A DNA stretch of 63,656 nt, counting the filler, from Lenisia limosa (lineage: Eukaryota; Protista; Breviatea), in NCBI GenBank assembly GCA_001655205.1. It is 5 parts of 5 records of this genome, joined end to end, with 100 filler letters (N's around TTAATTAATTAA, not from the genome) between each part and the next. Parts side by side here need not be neighbours in the genome. Positions count along the whole stretch, not along the records: positions 1 to 15,167 come from LPNZ01007208.1; 4 more parts are not named here. One strand, 5' to 3'. Below the pieces are notes generated by a model. The model had not been told where the DNA came from. It saw only the letters and a list, made by a program, of their open reading frames with translations, and did not search any database. The stretch's first letter is position 1; every line of letters starts with the position of its first letter. Both the position numbers and the translations under genes were made by a program. Positions 1 to 13,373 of the stretch are shown one piece after another.

Positions 1-536
1 CATTTGGCTTTTTTTCACAGATAGAGGAAAATTCACAGATATATGGACGGTGTGATATATCCTCCGGTGGGGAGCAGAGTGTTTAATATACACAGGAATA
101 TTTACAGGAGGGGGGAGGGGTATGAGTAGAGAATATCCCCACAAACACAATTTGGATCTTGCTCGTTCTTATGTACAATGCTCTCCAACTCCTCAGGTTT
201 CAAGAAATAACCGATCTGAGAGGTAAGATAATTCCTTTATATTTTAGCATATATCCAATCTGAACCACCAGAGGTTCACAGTGCATGACTGGGGTGGTGA
301 TGTCGAGGAGATAGTTCAGTGCATATATCAAGAGGGGCAATATTGTGGGGTGGGAATATGTTTTGAGGGTAAGTCTGCTTGTCTTTGTATAAACGATAAT
401 GTGCTCAAAATGGACCTGCATACGACAAGGTGCTCGCGAGATCCCTCGTTACCTTGCCAAGCTCCTCCAGAAGGCAGCAAACAAAAGGGGTGTAGTCATG
501 TCCTTTGATAGATTCTCCTTCCTGAACTGTCATCAT
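1..536 (-). CDS. Hypothetical spliced protein, function unknown, 3' end not resolved
   Basis: Phase-consistent GT-AG exons read MTVQEGESIKGHDYTPFVCCLLEELGK | VHFEHIIVYTKTSRLTLKTYSHPTILPLLIYALNYLLDITTPVMHCEPL | IGYFLKPEELESIVHKNEQDPN. No family motif recognised. Confidence 0.3.
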
Positions 537-1255
537 AGGGTGGGGTCAATATAATCAAAACAAGGCAACAGCAAAAAAAATTATTTTTATCACCATAAAT
601 AAAAAATAAAAAACGTCAAACGAGAGTAGAGAGTGCAAAGGTTTAAGAACACCAAGAAAGACCCACGTCAGGAGGGGGGTATGTTGACTCCGGGTCCAAG
701 TTATGAGCTTGCTTTGCTACCCAGTAAATAACTTCATCCACCTTGGGGTTGGGTGCCATGCCAGCTTAATGACAAAGGAGGTGGGTGATCTCTTCCCGTT
801 CTGATCCCCAACAACCAACAACGAAACTCTTGCTGTGCTGACTATTGCCCCTGCCTCTGTCTCTCCTCCGTGCTGTCGTCAATGCTGTGAGTATGTGGTG
901 GTGGCAAGTTGGCTATGGCCAGCAAGTTGGTTTTAATAATGCTGACGTCATGAAGTCGTACAGTCATACTAAATGCCCGTACCGTTAAACACAGAATCCT
1001 TCAGATGGTCCTGTTGAGTTTCACCTGTACTTGTTCATTGTCCGCTCCAAGTACACTCTGTTTTTTTCGCAACCAATCGTATCATCGTATCCCTATCATC
1101 CAACTATCATCTGACTGGCGCTTGGCTGGCGAGAGGGGGGGAGGTTCTTAGGTCAACACTAATTAATAATAAGAGAAATAGAAAAATATTATTTTAATAG
1201 TCAAATAAGAAACAAAACCATATCAAAATACCGAAAAAGCAAAAAAGTAACCAAT

Positions 1256-4200
1256 TCATTCAACTACTCCGACGCAAGATCCAAGTTGGTGAACAGGTAG
1301 TAGATAGTACATGCGATTATGACTACAACTGCCAGTGGGGGGAGGAAGTTCAAGCAGGATCGCTGTGATGTCAATAGGTCTTAAGACTGTTCTGAAAATA
1401 TAATACCACCACGCAGGACCTACCCTGACATGAATGGGACCAATAACAGCAAGCACAGCTGTGTAGGGGCCGAGAGCAACGAGGATTGACACGGCAATTA
1501 CAATCACAAAGATCTTTCCGAATTTGACGAAGATCTGCATCAATAATTAGAGCAAAGAACAACAACGTCCATCTGTGAAAAAAATACCCATGTCTATCGA
1601 AAACCCCTTCTTAGGTAAGAGTATTTCGAACCTGTATGACAGCGAGGGTCAGAGCTCCTGCGCAGAGGATGGTGGAAATAGACGCATTGACCAAGGATTC
1701 ACCTGCATAGTGACGGGCCATGACAAATATATCCAGTACACCGCAACACGCATACCAATCTCAAGCTGGGCCCCTAGACCAAGGCTTCTCCTTGATGGTT
1801 TGTAGCCAGCCTTGAAGGCATGGTTGCCAGTGGCAATGAAGGCCTCAGCTGGGGGGGGGGGGTAAGNNNNNNNNNNNNNNNNNNNNNNNNNNNNNNNNNN
1901 NNNNNNNNNNNNNNNNNNNNNNNNNNNNNNNNNNNNNNNNNNNNNNNNNNGGAACCTCAGAGCACATTACTCCACTTACAGAGATGACCGATGTGGTCCA
2001 CAGAAAGGCCAAGAATAATGGATGCAGTGATGGCTTCCACCACGCCGATGGACCACCCAATGACCTGTAACGTTAGTCTTGACGGTTGTATTATGGACCA
2101 GTCTGTCAGCAAGTGTCCTACATTGAAAGTTCCAAGCACAATGACGATGATCATCATCATGAAGAGAATTGCCAAAGACGTAATGCGGAGGCTCATGGTA
2201 AAGAGGAATATCGATCCGAAGGCACAAAGAGCGGACACCGCGATGCCGAATACTGTACCGTTGATTGCCGCCAACTCGGTGAACATTCGAACCCTGAAGT
2301 TGTGATGATAGTCCATGATAGAACAGTTTAAGACCCTCAAACCATGATTCACTTGCCATGAAAGCTCTATCGCAGGTTGAAGGTGCATTGCTGTTGAGGA
2401 AATTTAGTTCCGACTTCCAGTCCTGGTAGGCTATATAAAGCGTATTCGCATCAGCAAGCTCCTTAACCGTGGCAGACAACAAATGCCGAACCTGAACCAA
2501 TCAGAAGTCCGTGGGTAGACAGACTAATAAAGAGGCAAATATAACATGATAAAACCAACCCAGATGATTTTGCCATCCAAGTAGCCAACATCATCATCGA
2601 AAAACTCTGACCTGTTTTGTAAGAGACATAAGATAAATTACGAAACCCAAAAGGAAAATATTGGTACAACACAATATTACCCACATTGTAACAGTTGAAA
2701 ACTCCTTGAGTGCCCCATAGATCTCATCAGCCGGGACGGGCCAAGTCAGGTCTTCCAATTGCCGTTGACTTTTGAAAGAGGCAATTACACACCTGGATAT
2801 TAGATCACAATGGTCGCATGTTGGCAACACACCGGGTGACGTCTTTGGCCTCCTGGGCGATGCCTTGGGTGAGGAAGAAGTCACAGCTGCCTGCCAAGTG
2901 CTCCTGGGGCATCAACGAAGGATAAAATGCCCAGTGGGTCAAGAATTTGATCCCCTTGAACCTGTGCTTTTGTATCAGTTAGGTCAAATTGGGGGTCGTA
3001 CTCAGGGTCTCCAAGGAATTCAGCCATTGGGTCTATGAAGTCAGAAACAGAGACAGATATTTTAATCTTCTGATCAAAACCATGCTCACCGTTCATATCC
3101 ACCTCCGACCGATCCAGTCCGATGACGCCCCACATTATGTGATTCTAAGGAGTTATTGATAGTTGCAATAATAGTGATGACATCAGTTTGGTAAAACGAA
3201 AATGTGATAGTAGCCAACATTAACGGTCTTGGCAATATCTCTTGGCGGTACGAGGCACTCAGTAAACTCTGGAGTGTACACGTTCGGGAGGAAACCTGCT
3301 TCACATTTCTCACAGAAGTCTCCTATAATGTCATGGAGTTCATAAAACTGAATATCATGCTATCACCTTACCAGTGGAGTGGTTTTCACATGCATTGCAC
3401 TTGCCATCTGAAGCAATTAAGTCAACCATTGATTCTCTTTACACTGGAGCATTCATTACCCCCAAACCCATGGTACACGTCTTTGAACGGCCGAAGCAAG
3501 GACAATCATAGCACTCATTCACAACGTCTAAGTACGAGGGAATGCCAAACGTACCAGGTCCACATGCACAAACAGGAATGATGGCAAGGCCGTCACGACA
3601 CACCTACTTATGTTAGTGCAATTCTCCAGAAGAACAGTCCACCCCAAGCCCACATGGGTATCTTTGCATGCTGGGGTGCATTTGACGACACTCTGGATGT
3701 GGACGCTGAAGCCATATGAGGCCGGACCGGGGGAGAGAACTTCTCTTTTCGCGACCAAAGACTGGAACGTGAGTGCTGCTTGAGCTGATTACAAAAAAAC
3801 CTCATGGCTGGGTGTCATTGGTTTGCTGTGCCGTCTTTGCGATTGAGAAGCCGTCTCAAAAATATCTGAAAAGTCAGATGAAATATATTTCAATGTATGG
3901 TTTTATACTTCTTGTTATTACACACAAATATTCTAACTTCCTTCTATGTCATACTGTGGTAAGGTGACACGTAATTGAGTGTTTAGAGGTTTTCTGTAAA
4001 AAGGGGGTTTCACTTTAATACAACTGAACTGAACTTTGAAATAGTCTCTCTAATTCTTCATAGAATCCTGATAGAATCTGGTAGAATTATGATAGAATAT
4101 GGTCAGCTGACCATTTTATGCATAACCATTTTTTGGATATGATTGTTCTTTGTTTCTGGGTGTCATTTTCTCCCCCCCTTAGTACGTAATAAGGAGGAAT

Positions 4201-7200
4201 TGAGACATTGACACCCGAGGTTGTTTCCATATCTCGAATATAAGCGATGTTAACCACACTTTTGCAGCTAAATCGTGTTTTATTGCTCTCATTATAACAT
4301 AAGTTGGAAAGTTATATCTGTGAGAAGCAAGTAATATCAATGCATCTTCACAGCGCTTACTTCTTTCCTGGTATCTTCTGCTTGGAGAAGGGGAATTGCC
4401 AAACACCTACCGATTAAACAGAAAAGCAAACAGTAGCTTACCTCTGAGATTTCGTTTCGGTCAAATTGGTCGTAGTAACCTGATCCATAAGCATCCTCAC
4501 CTGTTAGCACAGTTCCTGTGGTAGTGAGTTACCTTCAACCAAATAATCACATACTATATCACATACTATATCACATACTATAGCTCAGGAAATGTAGTTA
4601 ATATGTAATATACCTATAATACTATAATATAGTATTACTCATAAAATAAAAATATCACCACCAACCATCATCCAGTATGTTGACGTCAATAGGAAGATTG
4701 TACTTATCAATATCTAAGGGGGATGCTTGAAGATGAGCAAGAAAACCGTAAGCATGGGTGGTAATGGTGTCGGGCCTGAATGCCGTCCCATTGCCCTTAT
4801 AGAAGGCAAGGAGAACTGGCTTATCGTCGGTACCTTCGAAAAACGAAAGCTAACGTAGTGAGTTGCGATGGCATAGTCATAGATGATGAATACCCCCCCC
4901 CCNNNNNNNNNNNNNNNNNNNNNNNNNNNNNNNNNNNNNNNNNNNNNNNNNNNNNNNNNNNNNNNNNNNNNNNNNNNNNNNNNNNNNNNAAGGACCCGAC
5001 CGGTTGTCTTGCTGCTAACTAGCCACGAACAGTCCACTGTGCTACTGTAGTTCTAAAGGGTCAACCTCAAGCGAATTGTTAACAGGTATTAAAAGGAAAG
5101 AATATGTCACCCATATTTATGTCGTTTATGTCTCCAAGAATGCAACACACCCTCAAAGGGCCGCTGCCATCCTCTAGTTCAAAACTATCGGATGTGATCA
5201 GCTCTCTTTTTCCGTTTTCGCAGCCTAAACAGAGCCCTGCACCGTCTAAACAGTGAAACAATGTAATAAAGCGCATTGAAACTATCATGATGTTAGCAGT
5301 ACCCGGAAACAAAGACGGCTTACTGGAGGATTCTCGCGCTGGGTCGGAAACAAACCCATCCCCTTGACATTGACAACTAACGCGTGAGGTTAGGAAGAAA
5401 TGCTTCAAACAGTTAAGAAATAACACGCTCAATCAATATAGATGAGTAAGCCCCAGATACCCATCAGCCATACAGGCAGAATGTTTTGGACATGGGTCGC
5501 ACTAATAGTTAGAGCGATAAGATGCACACTAAGAAAGTTGAAATACCCAGGACAATACAAGGTCTTGCCTTTGACCTACATCGATTTCAATGTTTAGGAT
5601 GATGTGGGGCTGAGCGGTCCATTCTGTCGGGGCTCCCACTGCTTTGGACTGCCAACACAAATGGTACTGGAGTAGTGAAAAGGAATGCTTGGGGACCACA
5701 AACATCATCGGGCGTCTTGGAAGCGGGGAAAGTGAACTCAGCTGAGGCGGTCGTGGCAGATGTCACCGTCACTTCAAGACCATCACCCAAGGCTAGACCA
5801 CCACAACCCTTCATGGTTACACATGAAATAATGATATCTCGCACCACCATGATGAAGTATGATAGAATACCCTTCATAGTGTACGACATGAAGTTATTGC
5901 TTTGATTGTATCAACCCCTCCCACATCAGAGGTGAGGACCCATTCAGCCCGATCAGCCACAGTAAACATTGATCCTGTAAACACAATTGTTTTTGTGGTG
6001 TCCTAAAGAATCAGTGGGAGAGGAGTGAGCCAAAAGCAAACCAGGGTTGAAACGCTTGTTCTTGAAGGTCCTGATACGAGAAGAGGTGATGCCACCTGTG
6101 GAGAGTGTTAATTTGTATGGGGGGGGGGGGGGNNNNNNNNNNNNNNNNNNNNNNNNNNNNNNNNNNNNNNNNNNNNNNNNNNNNNNNNNNNNNNNNNNNN
6201 NNNNNNNNNNNNNNNNNNNNNNNNNNNNNNNNNNNNNNNNNATCTGAAACTCCAACCAAAAACTAAAAAAAACACAAGCAATAACAAACACGAGCAATGA
6301 CAAAACAAAAAAAAGAAGGAAATTTTGATGTAATCATGACATGGGAGGTTTCTTACAGGTGCGGAAGTCTTGGTAGATCCGAAGTCGATTCCATTGCCGA
6401 CAGTTACCTACGATGTTAGAAGAGCTACACCCGTGTCGGCCAACCTCCGTCGTGTACGTTTCATAGAAGTTGAGCCCGCTGAAGCCGACTGTGGTACTTG
6501 TTGTGTCTTTGGTGTTCATAACAGCACGAATAGACTAAAAAGTGACTCAATATCTTCGTTTTAAGCTGGTGTTCTGATTCAAAAGAAGCTGTACACCCGT
6601 CCTCATCGTTTACCTGTTCAGCAACACGGCGTCTCAAAGAGTCCAATAGAGACACACGATATCTATTAGGTGAGTCAATGTAATGCCTATTTCGGCCATC
6701 CTTTCTCGGAATACCATCAAGCCCCAGGCCACCTTGTAGCTCTCATGTAAGGCGTCCAAGAAATGGTCACACCATTTTCTCCGCTGGGCGAGCTAGTGAT
6801 ACTGCTAATTTTCTCAGTGACAGAGGGGGCTGACACCTAGAAGTTCATGATACTGAGAAGGAATGGATGTACTCCATTCTCCGTGTGGTCCTTTGCAAAC
6901 CGTAATAGCGGTGACAAAGTGGTTGGGATCCTGGAAGGTTAGTTCCAATGCACACAGAAAATCCATTGAAAAGCCACTGAAAAGCAGGTTCCACCTACGG
7001 AGAAAGCGAATACGTTTTCAGCCTGAATAACAAAGTTGTAAGTGGCCCCGCTAGTGAGCCCATCAAACACCAGTGTTCGTGCAGTTGTTACCTGAGGGGC
7101 TCCAGCTCCTGTCACAGTGTACCTTTAAGGTTGGCAAATAGAATATACTATGATATATATTAGCTGATGATTTTGTGATAAAGGTGAAGCATTATTCCGC

Positions 7201-10200
7201 ACGTCCACCCAACTTGGTTGCGCCATTGGATGCGGACCACGTAAGCGTAATCTGATTCGCTCCAGTAACCTACACCAGGTCAACAATAGACATGATATAA
7301 TATTAAAAATATTGAAGGAAGTAACTGACGAAGCTCTAGCTATTAGATAGCAATATGGAGCCATGATAATGGCAACCAGCTGTATCTTGAAGCCTCATAC
7401 CTTGGCTGTGGATGACGCCACAGTTGCAGGCTTTGCAGGCTGGATATGGATGGATGAAGACGCGGCTCGTCGGAGGGCTGCACTCACTTCCAAGAAGTCT
7501 GGCTCAACTGTGGGGTCAACGACGTCAAGAGACCAACCATCACGTCTGAGAGGAGAGTTGGAAGCAATAACGTCCACTTGCATTCCGTGGGCAGCCGTAC
7601 TACAGAATGACGATCGATGGTCTCCCGCACACCCAATACATAGTACCAATCAATTGTGAAATGCAATCCCACTTTTCAATGTAGTAATTAAAGGGCTGAG
7701 GGTCGTTGACACCCAAATAGATAACTGAAGATTCGGTTACATCACCGTCCAGCTTCCATTTAATGAAATAGTATGTCAAAGGGGCTCCTCCGTTGTAGAG
7801 TGGTTCTTCCCATTCCACCTAGTAGTTAGGACATTTTCTGATTGTCTTGTAGTCCCACTTTCACGTTTGTTTTGGTGCTGACAGTAGCCCACGACAAGGC
7901 AAGGTTCTGTACCGGCCCAGGTTCATCAGGCGTCGTAGTCCTCTGTAAGGGTGAGATTGCCGTGTTTAACTGTTCTGTAAGTCGACAAGCAGTTGGAAAG
8001 ATCCACATTTGTACTCTCTCTTACATATTCTGGGTTACTCCAGCGTCCCCACACTCGCAAAACGCTGTTGAAAGCCCTGACACGAATACTGTACTGTTTG
8101 TATTGGTCCAAGTAGCCAGTGTTGCATGTTCTCTGAGAGCAGTCAGGCCAGCAATACTACCACCAGGTTACCTGGCTCGTGTTGAGGTAGTTGCCATTTG
8201 CGGGTCCTTGGTTGCCCTCCACAACGTTCCGCTCTTCTGTAGTGAAAGCTTCAACCCAGAAGAGCTAAGGATGTGAAAGATAAAACAAAACCGGATGTGA
8301 CATATTCCTATGATAACAAAAATAAGGGAAGACACTGGGTATAGCATAACAAATAGTAAAGCTGGAATCTGACCAGCTTTCTTCATAGCAAGCTGTTTCT
8401 AGCCCTCACCTGGTAATGCGAAGGATCAAGGTCTTCTGGCTTGGTGTAAGAGACAGTTATGATGATCTCACTCCCGATAGTGTCCTTGACAACTGACGTG
8501 ATAGTGGGTGCTCCAGCACACTGAAAGGTCAACCATCACAGTTAACATTTGGCTGTGAAAAAGAAAACAACACTCATGCTCATGAGAGCCCAATCCCTTG
8601 CTTACATAAGCTGGGTTGGTGACCGGTCCGTTGCACGTGCCGCAGACGTCTTCCTGTGCCGGGCCATATTCAATACCTGTTGATAAGAGCCACTTTCGAA
8701 GCAAAGGAGTTAAAAATCACCCCTCACCCATGCAGTCAACACAACTGTTCGGGTCTGTACCAGCAGGAGGGGCTTTGTTTGGGTTGTAGCACACGCCACA
8801 CCTGTGTTAGAAGCAGTCCGGGGAAATATATTTTTATAGAGACTATTCAACAGATGGTTAACAGATAATTTTCGCTCTGCCTCTCTTCCAGTATAAGCCC
8901 CGAATGCGGTATTGACCCAGAACCTACTTGACGACGTTGGGCCCGTTGGCAATGCCCTTGCAGTCGGCACATGTAGTCCCGTCTCCGCCACAGACACCGC
9001 AGCCATCTTCAACCAGCCCACTCGCGGGGACACCGTCACATCCAACTTCAATTCCCTAATTTGTAAGCTGCTGAAGGATGCAGTCTTTTTGATATGAAGA
9101 GAAGCCTTACTAACAATATAAGCAGGCTTGGCCGTAGCCTCGCAATCATCACAGTTCTTTTTTCCTGTAAGCTCATTCTGGGAGAGGGGATGAAAACATG
9201 TCCATGGCGTGAATTGATTCAGAAATAAGCAAATAAACATCTAACCTTGGGATAAAAAAAAAGCAACATGGACAGACCTGTAGATCGATGTATCTCTGAA
9301 CGTTATGGTTCTTTGGGAAGAATGCTGGCATTTCCTTGGAAGGGCCCAATTGTGCGGCTAAAATGTCACGCTTGATGGAGGGTTGTGAACCCCTCACCTT
9401 GTGATGCAAAAAAGAAGCAAATAAGTGCAAAGACCAGCAGGAGGGGAAGACGGGATTTGAAAATGGCAGGATACCAGAACTTCTTGAATATCTATTTCAA
9501 ATAATAAAATGATATAAAAAAAACAATTATTGCTTTCACTGACATGAATCCCACCTTCTGCCCAAATGTGAGTTTGATCTCACCAGGCGCCAAAACAGCA
9601 CTCTTCTTTCGCCTATGTCGTAAATGGATGATTCATTGAAACAACACTAAATCGATTTTCCAGCGAACCTGCAGCAAAACAACACAACAAAGAAGCCAGT
9701 CCACGACCATCTCCGGAAATAAAAGTTCCAAAAGGAAATGACGCACGTGAACAAAGTCATCACAAAAATGTAATTCACCGCCACAATAATCGCCATGAAG
9801 AGTGAAAACGTCCTGAGAGGTGAACGTTGAAACGAATGAAGTCCGTAAAGAGAGACGAGTTATCCCCAAACTTAATCGCCGGGATAATTGAAATTGTACT
9901 TGCAAGGAAGGAAATCTAAAAACGTAAACACGGAACACAGTCCTGATTCTTCCACCCCCTCTTACGCCTGTACTGAAAGAGGTAAGCAGCATGGCCGCAC
10001 CAGCTTGTTTGTAAGCTTGGAAGAGACGTGCTTTGGAGTCCTAAGAACGTTAGTGACTTTTACATGGATGAAGGATAAAGTAAGCAGGGTCCACACAACT
10101 CCGACCTTAATATGAAGCAAATGGGTGTATATATCAAAGAGACAGAAAACGTCATCTGCCGCAATTCCCAACATGATGTACAGTGACACGCCGTTGAGCA

Positions 10201-13172
10201 TTCCTTCACGATCAGAAAGGTGTTAAATAACAAACCAATGTACTCGATTCCTAACAGGCCCCTGTAAATGTAGTATGTGACTGGGAAGGCACTTGCAATC
10301 TAGAAGTCAGCAGGCAAGCGGAGCACCTACCATCACAATGGCCATGATTGCAACAAACAGACTTTGGGTGTGGAAGAGAATGTAGACAAACACCAAAAAG
10401 ACTGAAAACACCACCTGGACAAATAAACAATGCTTGAGTAGAATTCAGAGGAAAATACAAAAAGATGTTTCTCACTTTCTTGAGGTCTTCAAGGAGCTGC
10501 GTATAGATGAGGGTGTCGATGATGACATCTCCACCGTAAATAACGTCAATATCATCATCTCCGAAGCTCTGGTCAGTCAAATGGCCATTCGCATATCATT
10601 TCATATTGACAGCAAAACAACCCACCTCCAAAAGGTCGACCTGGTCGAATATCCAATCTTTAAACTCGGGCGTTTGGTGGACTTCACGGCTGCAATGTCA
10701 ATCAAGAAACCGTGTTTGTTAACGCATTCCAAAGAGATTGCCAACCTATCAAGAGAAAAGCCGGCCAAAGGGGTAGCAAAAGTGAACTGACAGCGGACAA
10801 ACTACAGCTTGATAAAGGACTATTTGAAAAGGGTTCAAATGACTATTGATGATGGTAACATACCTTAGACTCGCGGTTTGCGACGGAAAAATTCTCATCA
10901 AGGAACCAGTATGCGTCATCCCCGGATGCTGCAAGCATCACAAGGGACTGCTCCAGGTTGTAGATCTTCTCGCCCTTTCCTGGAGGGTTAAATAATAAAG
11001 AACAACGACCAACGAACAAAGGAATACGCTGAATTCCAGAATTGAATAATTTCTATTGTGTCCCCAGCCACCCACCGTCATATTCAACCTCTCCATTTTC
11101 CTTAACCGTCGGGTAGAGAAAAGTGGATACGGATGCTGGCGGTTTGCACTCCACATCATTGCCATTTTCCTACATATTAGAGGCTGAGTTATCCTTGTGT
11201 ATTTTAATAACTGTAGAACCTTAGATTATATTCAATTTATTTTCTTGCCTCAAAACATGACAAGAAAACGTGGCAATTCGCTTCACAAACCTTCAGGCAG
11301 AACTCCTTGTATCTCGGGGCCTACGAAGTTAATGAACACTCTATGTTCAGCCAAGACGAAAACAAGTAAAAAAAGGTACTCTTATCCCCCCAACCGCCAT
11401 AAACTCCTGCTCCCACGCCCGGATCCGATCAAGGCGATTCTCAACCAGAATATTGTCCCGGTCTGCTGACTCAAAAATAAGCTGCAAGGTCATAGATTAT
11501 GTTCAATACAGTATCCCTTTGTAGTAATCAATCCATCCCTCGAACATGGATGTACCAGGCCGGAACAGTCTGATGGAATTCGTCACGGATTTCAATTCCT
11601 CTTAACTTCAGTCCGGAAAGATCCCTCCGACTGTTGGGTAAGTGATGTTCAATAATGACCCAAAATGCTCACGCTCCCTCTTCTCTTTGATTCTGTTGTC
11701 TGATGGCCATAGTTTTGGAGTCCTCCTTGATGGCTGATGCGTGGTCGCGAACGCTGAAGCCGCCTGAGAGTCAGCTTATGCTGCCATTCGCAGATATCAT
11801 TTGATGACCATTGCTTCCCACCAATTCCAACGTCAATCTCCATGGGTTGCTGCAGAGCCCACCACGAACACCAAATTGGGACAGCCATGAATAGCATAAT
11901 AAAGAATGTCGGGAACAAGCTGTGATGTCATATTTGCGAGGGCTTTACCTGAACAACGAAATGATCCAGCAGCGACCGGCCTTCCACTTCTTAGCACTGT
12001 GGTCGGGGTCCGCGCTGTGGTCAATTTGATCGTCACTTAATAAGTTTGATCTCTAAAGAAGTCAATTATTCGACAAGCACTCTTCTGAAAAAGTCTACTG
12101 TTGACCCCACAGTATTTCGTCGCATTTGTCCAACAAATTTCAGATCAGAGGGATCAAAGTCAAGTTGGAGGACTAAAGTGTAAGTCTTGATATCATACTT
12201 ACAGATTATATGATGTACTTGAATAAATGTAGATAGTATATACTTCATATTATGCATAATATATATAGTATATCTTATACTACATATCGATATAAGTAAT
12301 ACTTATAATACAATATACTACATACTTTCATCAGAAAAGCCATTGAAACTCGACGAATGGTTAGACTTTGGGTGAAACATGGCACTTGAAGATGATCTGA
12401 ATACTCTATGAAAACGAAATGAAGAAGTTTGTCCTCCCCCCCCCCCCCNNNNNNNNNNNNNNNNNNNNNNNNNNNNNNNNNNNNNNNNNNNNNNNNNNNN
12501 NNNNNNNNNNNNNNNNNNNNNNNNNNNNNNNNNNNNNNNNNNNNNNNNNNNNNNNNNNNNNNNNNNNNNNNNNNNTGAATGCGATCCGATGACACTAATG
12601 ACTCAGATTCTCGGTCTAAGAACGTCAAGTCAATACTTAAAACCATCATAACACTGAATACTCGGGGCAACACACACCAGGGCTATTAATTTGGCCAATT
12701 GGGACCAGAGTACTGAAGTTCTTGCATGTTGAGTGGCTGCCGCCGCTTCTTGACGACTTTGACGATCTTGATAAATGCGGCAAGTCTTGGTTCGCCGGCC
12801 TGGGCGGGATATAAGTCAGCAGGCAACACATACCAGAACACACATATGCATATGCATACATACATACAATGCACCAATATTATAGTAAAGTCTTCCAAAC
12901 AAGCATCGCTTACATTGTGTCTGGAGAGGGAAAGTCGATCATTTCCCCGGACTCTTCCTTTGAATAACCAACTGGTCCCTATGAACATGTAAAATAAGGC
13001 ATCAGCGCGTCAGACAAGTGTGCTGACAATGGTAAATTCTATCAGAGTTGAATCCCAGTTAGTCCCCCCCCCCCACAAGAGAAGCAGAAGATGAGGATGA
13101 TGGGTCGACGTTGTCAGTATCCCATGCCGCAGCGTGTCGTGGAATTGGAGGGAGAGGTCTGGAGGTGAACAT
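1256..13172 (-). CDS. DISP: Dispatched-like RND/Patched-family 12-TM protein with sterol-sensing domain; second extracellular domain expanded with FN3 and Cys-rich modules (multi-exon)
   Basis: TM1 LFPTFFIMLFMAVPIWCSWWAL then GFSVRDH (~11700-11920). SSD: VVFSVFLVFVYILFHTQSLFVAIM, YIMLGIAADDVFCLFDIY, RLFQAYKQAGAAMLLTSFST (9700-10430). PAFFPKNHNVQRYIDLQ (~9290-9340). VWGVIGLDR...GDPEYDPQFDLTDTKAQ (2950-3135). C-terminal TMs: FGIAVSALCAFGSIFLFTMSLRIT, IGWSIGVVEAITASIILGLSVDH, KFGKIFVIVIAVSILVALG. Stop at 1256. Confidence 0.85.
3901..3988 (+). repeat. ~90-bp dispersed repeat, copy 1 (intron of Dispatched-like gene)
   Basis: Near-identical to 33944-34032; shared core cttcttgttattacacac..atattctaactt.cttctatgt.a.actgtggtaaggtgacacgtaattgagtgt. 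Confidence 0.85.
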
Positions 13173-13373
13173 ATTAAGTGACGTAGGCTTGACTAAGAGT
13201 GCATGAAGCAGTCCCAATTTGGGTTCATTTAAAAATAAATATACGAGGCATTATACCGTTCCTAACATTTTGATTCAAAGGATCACCCTATACCTGTCAT
13301 ATAATATATTGTAATGTTGTATTTACCATATCATGAAATAGCGTAATGCATCCTAAAAGAAATATACTGCCCC

